Assembly: GCF_009914755.1 (NCBI RefSeq) | Contig: NC_060927.1 | DNA: 64,000 nt | Source: the human T2T-CHM13v2.0 reference genome, Homo sapiens | Reading direction: 5' to 3' (one strand) | Shown here: positions 11,978 through 24,135 of the stretch, piece by piece | Numbering within the stretch: the stretch's first letter is position 1 | Layout of the letters: every line of letters starts with the position of its first letter | The notes under the pieces: generated by a model | Seen by the model: only the letters and a program-made list of their open reading frames with translations | The model's database searches: none | What the model was told of the DNA's origin: nothing | Position numbers and translations under genes: made by a program

Positions 11978-14389
11978 TTCAGCCTTTGTGATATTAAAGC
12001 ACAGCAACACATTTCCCATTACACCCCTGAACACACACACACAGAAAACCCAAAAGTTTCACAAAATGATTCTTGCTCTTACTACTCTCAGTACACTCTG
12101 TATTTAAAAAAAAAAATGCTGGTTGTGGCTTCCTAAGTGGTGCGTGCAGTTTTCAAATCAATGCCCTTGGCGATAAAGTGTGCCCTATACTGATTATCTC
12201 TGGACAAAGTCTGAATGGGGCTTGGCTCTAATCTCTAGTCCTCATTGGACATTTTACATACCTGGCCTTTGCCTCCACCCTGATGTGGAGTGATCATGGG
12301 GGTGGGAAATATAGCTGGATCCGAAAGCTCTGAAGTGGGGATGGAGGTGTCACAGCTGAGGCTAGGCCCATTCTGCAGGGCACTCAGTGTGTACAGTTGG
12401 TTTTCTATCAGGGGTCAACCGGCGGGGGGACTTGAGAACAGATCTCTGGGCACAAAGCAGGGCCTTTGCCCTGGGGCTTGCTATGTGGCTCAGCCTACAC
12501 GGCTCTCTCCCCGTCAGTCCTGTCCAAAGCCCAGGAAACTAATGTACCACCCCCGAGGAAGAGAGCCTACCTTTCCATCCAAGGAAGTGTTTTACCTGTG
12601 GTAAGCACGGGGGACAGAATTCTTGAGGAAGGAGGGTGCTGCGTCCCAGTGGTGGAGGAAAAGAGAGGACCTGGTGTAAGCAGCCATGGCATGGACCTCA
12701 TCCGAGGTGGCACCTGGCTAGGGTCCTGACCTCCAATCCTTCCCCAGTAACCATCACTTTGAGTAAACAGTGGCTCCACCCCCGGCATGGTTCTTTGCAC
12801 CAACATTTGGGGAATGCCTACCAGGGGTCACACACTGAGCTGGATGCTGAGTGTAGGGTGTCCACAACATCGTGCCTAAAAAGTCTCTGTATGGGGTATA
12901 AGAAGGTGCTGGGGCAATACAGATGAGATGAGAAGCATCTTTCAGGGAATGGGTTGATCCCAATTCAGGCTTCCCAGAGAAGGATGTCTGTAGACTTCAT
13001 ATTAGCAAGGGAGGAAGGTAGCCAGGCCACAGGACTGCTGGTGTAAAGACCAGGGCATATGAAATGGCAAGTGTGACTGTGCTTTCAGCCAATAATTTGG
13101 TATTGTCAAATGATGGGACCAAACAGCTGGAGAGGCAGATCCTAAAGGGTCCTGTGGGCCAGGCTGGACTTCATCTTGTCACTAACTAATGGAGAGGCTC
13201 TGAAGGAGTTAAAAGAGCTCAGTTTGTCTCGTGGTTAAATCCAAGTTTTACAAAGGTCACGCTGACTGTAAAGTGGAAGGTGGGCTGGCCAGGGGATCAT
13301 CTAGTCTGGGTGAGAAGTGATGATAACATGAAGGGGTGAAGAGAGATTTAGAAGAAGTGATTCACAGGATTAAACATTTAAATAATGGAAGTGGAGAAAA
13401 TGGGGGGGGCGGTTCCAGATTTCAGGCATAGATGAAAGAAGTGCAGTTAGGCACATGTAAAGAGAAACAGGAACAGCAGGTTTTAGGGGAGAAGATAACA
13501 GAATGGGTGAGAAATGACACTTGAGTACCCTAGTGTGCTAGGTAATCATCTGTCTACTTCCCTTCATTTGTCATGTATATTCCCATTTAATTTGCATAAA
13601 GACTTCGAGTTAAACGGTCTTACCCCAATTTGTCAAATTTCTGCGCATGATATGGTACAAGAAACCGTAAGTGGCTAAGGCGGCATTGGTGTTCAAATTG
13701 CCTGACTACAAAGGCAGTGCTTGTTGGCTACATTCTGTTGCTTCCCAGTTTAGAACATGTTACATTGAGGCGCCTGCTGCATTTCCAAATAAAAAAGTAC
13801 AGAAAGAAGGTGGCTGTATAAATCTGGGGCTCACAAAGTAATTTTGATTACTGAGAGTTTGCTTTCAAGGAGCAAACTGTGACTCCTTGATTATGAACCT
13901 TAATTTAAAAAAAAAGAAAAAAGAAGTCTTACTCTTATTCCTGCCTTGTCTGGGGCAAGCCTTAATGGATTTTTACTGCTGTGAATTTTCTTTTCATTGA
14001 AGATTTTGCCTTGATCTATGTATCTGCTTTCATCCTGACCATATTCAAGTCAGTATATTCATGAATGTACCTGTTTGTGAAATTTGAACTTAAGTATACA
14101 CGATTATAGCCGTTTGGGAAGCTTTTTTTTTTTTTTTTTTAAGAGTAGGAGTAGAAAAAGGTCTCTGTACTCTGAATGGGAAGACAGTGTAAAGCAATTT
14201 TTTCCCTTTTCCTGTCCTCCTTTAAAAAAAATAAACAGCCGTATGCCTCTGCTAAGTACTAACTACCTCATCACCTTTTGTGCAGACAGGGCAGGTTACA
14301 TTTGGTTTTAAGGAATTAGGAATATGTTTCTTTCCAGCACCTTAGTAACCCACGCGATTGTGATTCTTTTCTCTTCTTGACTGTGATAG

Positions 14390-14690
14390 GTGGCATGGAA
14401 TATTCACATGGGAGAGCCGCATGAGGCCGCCCACCACGCTTCCTGAAGGATGCCCGTGTGGAAGAATTTTGACGTGCCAGTGTCCTCGTTCTACAGGGTG
14501 TTCCATTCTTCCGCAATCTCAGAAAAATGGGACTAAAAGAAACTATTTTGTAAAATAAGAAGACTTCCATTTTTAATGACCAACATGTATTAAGATGGAC
14601 ACCTACTCTACGAAACACAAAGTTCTATGGTCTCGAAGAAGCCCGTGCCTGTTTAAAACTGATCCTAACTAAAAACAGACTTGAGTGGAT
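14390..14690 (+). other. B3GNT5: B3GNT5 5'UTR portion of the coding exon (acceptor at 14389/14390)
   Basis: Acceptor ttcttttctcttcttgactgtgatAG|gtggcatgg. The leader contains 9 upstream ATGs. The first exon and main promoter are inferred to lie upstream of the window. Confidence 0.7.
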
Positions 14691-15827
14691 ATGAGAATGT
14701 TGGTTAGTGGCAGAAGAGTCAAAAAATGGCAGTTAATTATTCAGTTATTTGCTACTTGTTTTTTAGCGAGCCTCATGTTTTTTTGGGAACCAATCGATAA
14801 TCACATTGTGAGCCATATGAAGTCATATTCTTACAGATACCTCATAAATAGCTATGACTTTGTGAATGATACCCTGTCTCTTAAGCACACCTCAGCGGGG
14901 CCTCGCTACCAATACTTGATTAACCACAAGGAAAAGTGTCAAGCTCAAGACGTCCTCCTTTTACTGTTTGTAAAAACTGCTCCTGAAAACTATGATCGAC
15001 GTTCCGGAATTAGAAGGACGTGGGGCAATGAAAATTATGTTCGGTCTCAGCTGAATGCCAACATCAAAACTCTGTTTGCCTTAGGAACTCCTAATCCACT
15101 GGAGGGAGAAGAACTACAAAGAAAACTGGCTTGGGAAGATCAAAGGTACAATGATATAATTCAGCAAGACTTTGTTGATTCTTTCTACAATCTTACTCTG
15201 AAATTACTTATGCAGTTCAGTTGGGCAAATACCTATTGTCCACATGCCAAATTTCTTATGACTGCTGATGATGACATATTTATTCACATGCCAAATCTGA
15301 TTGAGTACCTTCAAAGTTTAGAACAAATTGGTGTTCAAGACTTTTGGATTGGTCGTGTTCATCGTGGTGCCCCTCCCATTAGAGATAAAAGCAGCAAATA
15401 CTACGTGTCCTATGAAATGTACCAGTGGCCAGCTTACCCTGACTACACAGCCGGAGCTGCCTATGTAATCTCCGGTGATGTAGCTGCCAAAGTCTATGAG
15501 GCATCACAGACACTAAATTCAAGTCTTTACATAGACGATGTGTTCATGGGCCTCTGTGCCAATAAAATAGGGATAGTACCGCAGGACCATGTGTTTTTTT
15601 CTGGAGAGGGTAAAACTCCTTATCATCCCTGCATCTATGAAAAAATGATGACATCTCATGGACACTTAGAAGATCTCCAGGACCTTTGGAAGAATGCTAC
15701 AGATCCTAAAGTAAAAACCATTTCCAAAGGTTTTTTTGGTCAAATATACTGCAGATTAATGAAGATAATTCTCCTTTGTAAAATTAGCTATGTGGACACA
15801 TACCCTTGTAGGGCTGCGTTTATCTAA
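14691..15827 (+). CDS. B3GNT5: Lactosylceramide 1,3-N-acetyl-beta-D-glucosaminyltransferase (Lc3 synthase), GT31 type II Golgi membrane protein, intronless CDS, 378 aa
   Basis: [35 protein letters not shown]... has a short basic cytosolic tail plus TM helix, then GT31 motifs [26 protein letters not shown] (DxD), [13 protein letters not shown] and IDDVFMG. The first ATG is at 14691 (the ORF track starts at a GTG, 14685). It ends in TAA followed by TAG. Confidence 0.97.
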   Translation: MRMLVSGRRVKKWQLIIQLFATCFLASLMFFWEPIDNHIVSHMKSYSYRYLINSYDFVNDTLSLKHTSAGPRYQYLINHKEKCQAQDVLLLLFVKTAPENYDRRSGIRRTWGNENYVRSQLNANIKTLFALGTPNPLEGEELQRKLAWEDQRYNDIIQQDFVDSFYNLTLKLLMQFSWANTYCPHAKFLMTADDDIFIHMPNLIEYLQSLEQIGVQDFWIGRVHRGAPPIRDKSSKYYVSYEMYQWPAYPDYTAGAAYVISGDVAAKVYEASQTLNSSLYIDDVFMGLCANKIGIVPQDHVFFSGEGKTPYHPCIYEKMMTSHGHLEDLQDLWKNATDPKVKTISKGFFGQIYCRLMKIILLCKISYVDTYPCRAAFI

Positions 15828-17931
15828 TAGTACTTGAATGTTGTATGTTTTCACTGTCACTGAGTCAAACCTGGATGAAAAAAACCTTTAAATGTTCGTC
15901 TATACCCTAAGTAAAATGAGGACGAAAGACAAATATTTTGAAAGCCTAGTCCATCAGAATGTTTCTTTGATTCTAGAAGCTGTTTAATATCACTTATCTA
16001 CTTCATTGCCTAAGTTCATTTCAAAGAATTTGTATTTAGAAAAGGTTTATATTATTAGTGAAAACAAAACTAAAGGGAAGTTCAAGTTCTCATGTAATGC
16101 CACATATATACTTGAGGTGTAGAGATGTTATTAAGAAGTTTTGATGTTAGAATAATTGCTTTTGGAAAATACCAAATGAACGTACAGTACAACATTTCAA
16201 GGAAATGAATATATTGTTAGACCAGGTAAGCAAGTTTATTTTTGTTAAAGAGCACTTGGTGGAGGTAGTAGGGGCAGGGAAAGGTCAGCATAGGAGAGAA
16301 AGTTCATGAATCTGGTAAAACAGTCTCTTGTTCTTAAGAGGAGATGTAGAAAAATGTGTACAATGTTATTATAAACAGACAAATCACGTCTTACCACATC
16401 CATGTAGCTACTGGTGTTAGAGTCATTAAAATACCTTTTTTTGCATCTTTTTTCAAAGTTTAATGTGAACTTTTAGAAAAGTGATTAATGTTGCCCTAAT
16501 ACTTTATATGTTTTTAATGGATTTTTTTTTAAGTATTAGAAAATGACACATAACACGGGCAGCTGGTTGCTCATAGGGTCCTTCTCTAGGGAGAAACCAT
16601 TGTTAATTCAAATAAGCTGATTTTAATGACGTTTTCAACTGGTTTTTAAATATTCAATATTGGTCTGTGTTTAAGTTTGTTATTTGAATGTAATTTACAT
16701 AGAGGAATATAATAATGGAGAGACTTCAAATGGAAAGACAGAACATTACAAGCCTAATGTCTCCATAATTTTATAAAATGAAATCTTAGTGTCTAAATCC
16801 TTGTACTGATTACTAAAATTAACCCACTCCTCCCCAACAAGGTCTTATAAACCACAGCACTTTGTTCCAAGTTCAGAGTTTTAAATTGAGAGCATTAAAC
16901 ATCAAAGTTATAATATCTAAAACAATTTATTTTTCATCAATAACTGTCAGAGGTGATCTTTATTTTCTAAATATTTCAAACTTGAAAACAGAGTAAAAAA
17001 GTGATAGAAAAGTTGCCAGTTTGGGGTTAAAGCATTTTTAAAGCTGCATGTTCCTTGTAATCAAAGAGATGTGTCTGAGATCTAATAGAGTAAGTTACAT
17101 TTATTTTACAAAGCAGGATAAAAATGTGGCTATAATACACACTACCTCCCTTCACTACAGAAAGAACTAGGTGGTGTCTACTGCTAGGGAGATTATATGA
17201 AGGCCAAAATAATGACTTCAGCAAGAGTGACTGAACTCACTCTAAGGCCTTTGACTGCAGAGGCACCTGTTAGGGAAAATCAGATGTCTCATATAATAAG
17301 GTGATGTCGGAAACACGCAAAACAAAACGAAAAAAGATTTCTCAGTATACACAACTGAATGATGATACTTACAATTTTTAGCAGGTAGCTTTTTAATGTT
17401 TACAGAAATTTTAATTTTTTTCTATTTTGAAATTTGAGGCTTGTTTACATTGCTTAGATAATTTAGAATTTTTAACTAATGTCAAAACTACAGTGTCAAA
17501 CATTCTAGGTTGTAGTTACTTTCAGAGTAGATACAGGGTTTTAGATCATTACAGTTTAAGTTTTCTGACCAATTAAAAAAACATAGAGAACAAAAGCATA
17601 TTTGACCAAGCAACAAGCTTATAATTAATTTTTATTAGTTGATTGATTAATGATGTATTGCCTTTTGCCCATATATACCCTGTGTATCTATACTTGGAAG
17701 TGTTTAAGGTTGCCATTGGTTGAAAACATAAGTGTCTCTGGCCATCAAAGTGATCTTGTTTACAGCAGTGCTTTTGTGAAACAATTATTTATTTGCTGAA
17801 AGAGCTCTTCTGAACTGTGTCCTTTTAATTTTTGCTTAGAATAGAATGGAACAAGTTTAAATTTCAAGGAAATATGAAGGCACTTCCTTTTTTTCTAAGA
17901 AGGAAGTTGCTAGATGATTCCTTCATCACAC

Positions 17932-17956
17932 TTACTTAAAGTACTGAGAAGAGTAT
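17932..17956 (-). CDS. MCF2L2: Candidate alternative MCF2L2 exon: (R)YSSQYFK* terminal exon, or 21-nt microexon 17936-17956
   Basis: Minus-strand acceptor ccttttatttacAG|A TAC TCT TCT CAG TAC TTT AAG TAA is phase-2 compatible with the donor at 21764. It has an internal TAA|GTAAGT donor and a minus-strand AATAAA at 17788-17793. Confidence 0.6.
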
Positions 17957-18257
17957 CTGTAAATAAAAGGGTTCCAACCTTTTAAAAAAGAAGGAAAAAA
18001 CTTTTTGGTGCTCCAGTGTAGGGCTATCTTTTTAAAAAATGTCAACAAAGGGAAAATAAACTATCAGCTTGGATGGTCACTTGAATAGAAGATGGTTATA
18101 CACAGTGTTATTGTTAAAATTTTTTTACCTTTTGGTTGGTTTGCATCTTTTTTCCATATTGTTAATTTTATACCAAAATGTTAAATATTTGTATTACTTG
18201 AATTTTGCTCTTGTATGGCAAAATAATTAGTGAGTTTAAAAAAAATCTATAGTTTCC

Positions 18258-18263
18258 AATAAA
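18258..18263 (+). terminator. Probable distal poly(A) signal of B3GNT5
   Basis: AATAAA followed ~17 nt later by CA and a GU/U-rich downstream region (gatgtgtattt...ctttttc). Confidence 0.6.
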
Positions 18264-18472
18264 CAACTGAAAAATTATCATGAGATGTGTATTTAAACTT
18301 TTTCATGAACATTGCTTATATAATCATTCCTTCTGTCTTAATGTACTACATGGTCTTAGCCCTGTTCCTATAGGATTATCATGTTCTCTGCATTATAGAG
18401 CCACCTAAGATGTACTTTTTGTTAAATGACTCATGCTGGAATATCTGGATGGGGAGATGTTCTTTCCTAATG

Positions 18473-19163
18473 TAGTCATGTGCCACAAAATGACGTTTCG
18501 GTTAACGATGGATCACATATATGATGATAGTCCCATGAAATTGTAATGGAACTGCCCTATACAGGTGTACCATTTTTTATCTTTTATTTCAGATTTTTAC
18601 TGTACCTTTTGTATATTTAGATGTGTTTAGATACACAAATACTTTCCATTGTCTTACAATTGCCTGCAGTATTCAGTACAGCAACATGCTGTACAGGTTT
18701 CTAGCCCAGGAGCAATAGGCTCTACCATATATCTAGGTGTCTAGTAGGCTATTCCATCTAGGTTCTCGTATGTATAACCTGGGATGTTTGCACATCGATG
18801 TGGTCACCTAAAGATGCATTTATTGGCCAGGCGCCATGGCTCACGCCTGTAATCCCAGCACTTTGGGAGGCCGAGGCAAGTGGACCACCTGAGGTTAGGA
18901 GTTTGAGACCAGCCTGGCCAACATGGTGAAACCCCATCTCTACTAAAAATACAAAAATCAGCCAGGTGTGGTGGCACACACCAGTAATCCCAACTACTCG
19001 GGAGGCTGAGGCAGGAGAATTGCTTGAACCTGGGAAAGGGAGGTTGCAATGACCTGAGATTGTGCCACTGCTCTCCAACCTGGACGACAGAGCGAGACTG
19101 TCTCAAAAAAAAAAAAAATGCATTTCTCAGAACTTATCCTCATTGTTAAGCAATGCATGACTA
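18473..19163. mobile_element. Tigger3-family DNA transposon fossil interrupted by an Alu
   Basis: Ends agtcatgtgccacaaaatgacgtttcggttaacgatgg... and ...tgcatttctcagaac...gttaagcaatgcatgact match the Tigger3 termini. Confidence 0.8.
18825..19118 (+). mobile_element. Alu (AluS-type) inside Tigger3
   Basis: Full consensus plus poly-A. Confidence 0.95.
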
Positions 19164-20494
19164 TAATCTGTTGAGAGAGGGATGAAATCACCTGTAGTTA
19201 TAGCGCTTTAAGATACCATTTGAAAAGGTTACGTTTTCCTTTTCTTTGACACGGTTAGCTGTCTGAAATACAGTCAATTTTAACCCTAATCTCTTAATAT
19301 CAGGAATGCCCTTACACCTACTTTGGAGTGTCTGGTGCTTCGATATAGTTGCATGTAATGTGCTCTCATCTGTTTTTACCTGATTCCTGCTCAGTTCTTC
19401 ACATGGCATATTGTGTAACTCAATCTATATTTAAAACTTGTAAGCATCCGAATTATTTGTTTATGGTAGAACTTTTTACTTGCAAGTCGTGGTAGGAGTG
19501 TTTGTAGTTGGTACTAAAATGTGATGACTTGGAAGAATTAATTAATGACCTATATTTGGGGACTTTAATTGGATGCTATAGCTGCAATGAGAATAGAACC
19601 AGAGAACTCTTGATATGCAAGGTTATTCATTCTGTGATAATAATGAGAGGAATATTCGATGTCTCTTTGAGTCAGTTTTCCTTCCGATCACTTCCGCATT
19701 CTGCAGTGACACAATCCTTAATCATAGCTTTCATTACAATATTCCTTTACTCCAGACCTCAAAGACTCCTCACTGCCTCCAGCATCAAATCTAAACTCTT
19801 CTACCTGGTTTTCAACGCCCTACGTAAACTTTTCCTCCTTCATTCCCTATAGCTTGGTTTTTTTTTTTTTATCACTGCCACTATTATCTATCACAAATGT
19901 CAATCATGACCATACCTTGCTTAAGTTGGTTTCCCTTGCCAAGAGCACTGTTTTTCCTATACCTGTTGAAATTTTGGAAATCCAATTCTACCTCCTCTCT
20001 TCCCTTAAGCATCTCTTCCTTCCCTTCTCCCCAAATTTATATTTAGTCACATATATTATCGTACTACCTACTAATCATTCCATGTGTTTTTTTACGAGCT
20101 GTAAGTTCTGAAGGCAACCATGCCTTGTACAGTGTCCACTTAGGGTTCTGAATAATTAATCATCTCCCCAAAATCTGAAAGCCTTCTATATACCAAGCAA
20201 ATTTGTTTAGTTATGCAGCAAAACTCAAATCTATAAAATCAAAAAGGAATAAGGAAATACAGATTAAACAGTTGCAGCAAAGACTGGTGATCTTAAGGTA
20301 TTTAGTCAAAGCTGGTGGTAGAACAAAAACAGTAGTCTTACAGATTCTACCTCTTGATTAACTCAGTGGCTAATTTTGCCTTTTCTCAAAGTTCTTTTGC
20401 AAGAACATAAAGATATTTTTGTTTCTTTAGTTGAGTGCTGTAACTTTATTCCTTTGTGTTTCTCATAAGTATGATTTGGCAGTCTGCCATACGT

Positions 20495-20817
20495 TTTTTG
20501 TTTTTTTTCTTCCTCTTTGAGACAGGGTTTTGCTCTGTCACCCAGGCTGCAGTGCAGCTGTGTGATCACAGCTTAGCTCACTGCAGACTTAGCTTCCTGG
20601 GCTCAAGCAATCTTCTCACCTCAGTCTCCTGAGTAACTGAGACTACAGGTGCACCCCACCACATCCCGCTAAATGTTTTAATTTCTTGTGGAGATGGTGT
20701 CTTCACTATGTTGCTCAGGCTGGTCTTCAACTCCTGGGCTCGAGCAATCCTCCTACCTCAGCCTCCCAAAGTGTTGGAAAGTGTTGGGATTACAGACCTG
20801 AGCCACCACACCTGGCC
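20495..20817 (-). mobile_element. Alu (AluJ-type)
   Basis: Diverged dimeric Alu. Confidence 0.9.
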
Positions 20818-21763
20818 TGTTATAAGTTAATACAATAATTCATCAACTAACTTAAAGAACACTAAGACTCTTACAAAAGTAGGTATGAGTTTTAGTAAAA
20901 GTCTCAAAAGATAAACTGTCACTTAAGGAAAACTAGAGAACATATCATTGCCAAATGGTGTTTTTCAGAGATTATACCATTCAACGCCCACATGCTGAAT
21001 TGGGCCATTCATTATAACTCCAGGAACATGGCAATCAGTAAGAGCCCACATGTTTCTTTGAATACACCGTAAGTGAAAGAATATAAAGTAGTCTAGTTAA
21101 TATTATGTTTAATCAAGGAGCACATTCCTAAAGATGTTTGTTCATTCATTCTACAGACATTTTTCAGAGGCCTGCTAAGAGTCAAGCATTATGATAGACG
21201 CCATGGATAAAAGCTTACAAGTCAACCAGCGTGGGTATAAATAATGTGACTAGCACTAGAACAGGTATCATGATGGGGATTCTGAGTATAAATATTTTTT
21301 TAAAATAAATTTCCCCGTGTTATTTTTGGCTTTTACCTCCCTAATTTAGGCTTTCTAAATGGCACAGCATTTCTGAGGATGCAAACACCTTTCTACAGAG
21401 CAAAAACAGCATTTGTATAAATTTGTGTCTTTGGGGAACCAAGAGACTTTAAATGTGTTTAAACCAATAATTCAGTCAATATCAACATTAGCTTACATGT
21501 AATATTCTCTTGATAGCCCAATTTTTTAAAACACTGTATTCTTAGAAGTTTGGTTTCTAAGATGTCACTTTAAGCTCTTTTGCTTGTTGCTTTTGTGGGA
21601 TCCACAAATTTTGTTCTCAGGTACATAAATGAAGGTTAGTATAGAGGATAAATATTATGATTCTTATCTGGGAAAGACAGGTGCTGAGGTGTAAAAGAGA
21701 GGATCCTCGCCACCCATGCCCCGCACCCCCTCGCCCCCTGCACCCACGGATGTGCAGTCTTAC

Positions 21764-21849
21764 CTGCGGGGGGAAAGGTCTCCGAGCCTGGCCTGCTGCT
21801 CCAGCTCAGGGTTCCCCCTTTCATGATGGCTTTCAAAGATTTCTTCACT
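21764..21849 (-). CDS. MCF2L2: MCF2L2 coding exon (86 nt, phase 0-2): SEEIFESHHERGNPELEQQARLGDLSPR(R); last exon before the DH-domain exons, which lie outside the window
   Basis: Acceptor ttctttcacttcAG|AGT and donor CAG|GTAAGA. Open in the continued frame. Confidence 0.9.
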
Positions 21850-22020
21850 CTGAAGTGAAAGAAATTTTGGTAAGATTTGATATTGTAGGGACCTCCTAAT
21901 CTATATTTTTCTCTCTCCCAATTTCTGTGTTTGATTTTGGTTTTGAGTCTCTCGATAAGCAAAATATCCAGTTTCTCATGCCGCTTTCTCAGGTTTTCCC
22001 CAGCCACTCTGGATCCATTA

Positions 22021-22266
<246 letters not shown>

Positions 22267-22564
22267 TCATGAAGGGCTATTCATACTTTACTGCCCCACC
22301 CCTATTGATTCATAAGAGGACAGTAAAGCGATCACTGCATTCAACATCTCCTTTTTTTTTTTCTTGTAAGAAATCAAGGTCTGGAAAAGTTGCACTCGCC
22401 CTGAGACCAGAAAGTGCTGGAGGCAGAGATGAAGTAAGCCCAGTGTAGGCTTTCACAGATGCGTGATAACAAGTCTAACTAAAGAAGTACCTGGGATACT
22501 AGTTTTGCCAATTCAGCTCTAAAACAATATGGCAATCTTATATTCCAAATATATATATATATAT

Positions 22565-22660
22565 TTGTATTTATAGTAGAGATGGGGTTTCACCATGTTG
22601 GCTAGGCTGGTCTTGAACTCCTGACCTCAAATGATCCACTGACCTCAGCCTCCTAAAGTG
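22565..22660 (-). mobile_element. Alu left-arm fragment
   Basis: agtagagatggggtttcaccatgttgg...cctcagcctcctaaagtg, truncated at both ends. Confidence 0.85.
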
Positions 22661-22794
22661 GAGGAAACATATATATATGTTTTCCTTTTAAAATAGGATG
22701 TCAGTCCAATAAGAATCTAAATTTTAGTTCCCTCTAATATATATATCTGACTAGGGACCAGATAATATTTTTCATGTGTCAATATATAAAAGTT

Positions 22795-24135
<1,341 letters not shown>

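Larger units (their letters stand above)
15828..18282 (+). other. B3GNT5: B3GNT5 3'UTR (AU-rich), 3' end approximate
   Basis: Repeat-free AT-rich stretch after the stop codon, with AATAAA at 17962, 18055 and 18258. A transposon fossil begins at ~18473. Confidence 0.7.

Noticed and set aside
14316-14618. 100-aa minus-strand ORF over the B3GNT5 leader
   Set aside because: No recognisable homology and no splice-phase link to MCF2L2; its length is within chance.
14685-14690. ORF-track start of B3GNT5 at 14685 (380 aa)
   Set aside because: It is a GTG directly after an in-frame TGA. The first ATG is at 14691, giving the 378-aa protein.
21636-22007. 123-aa minus-strand ORF overlapping the 21764-21849 exon
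   Set aside because: It is in a different frame from the spliced MCF2L2 reading frame and runs through intron sequence on both sides.
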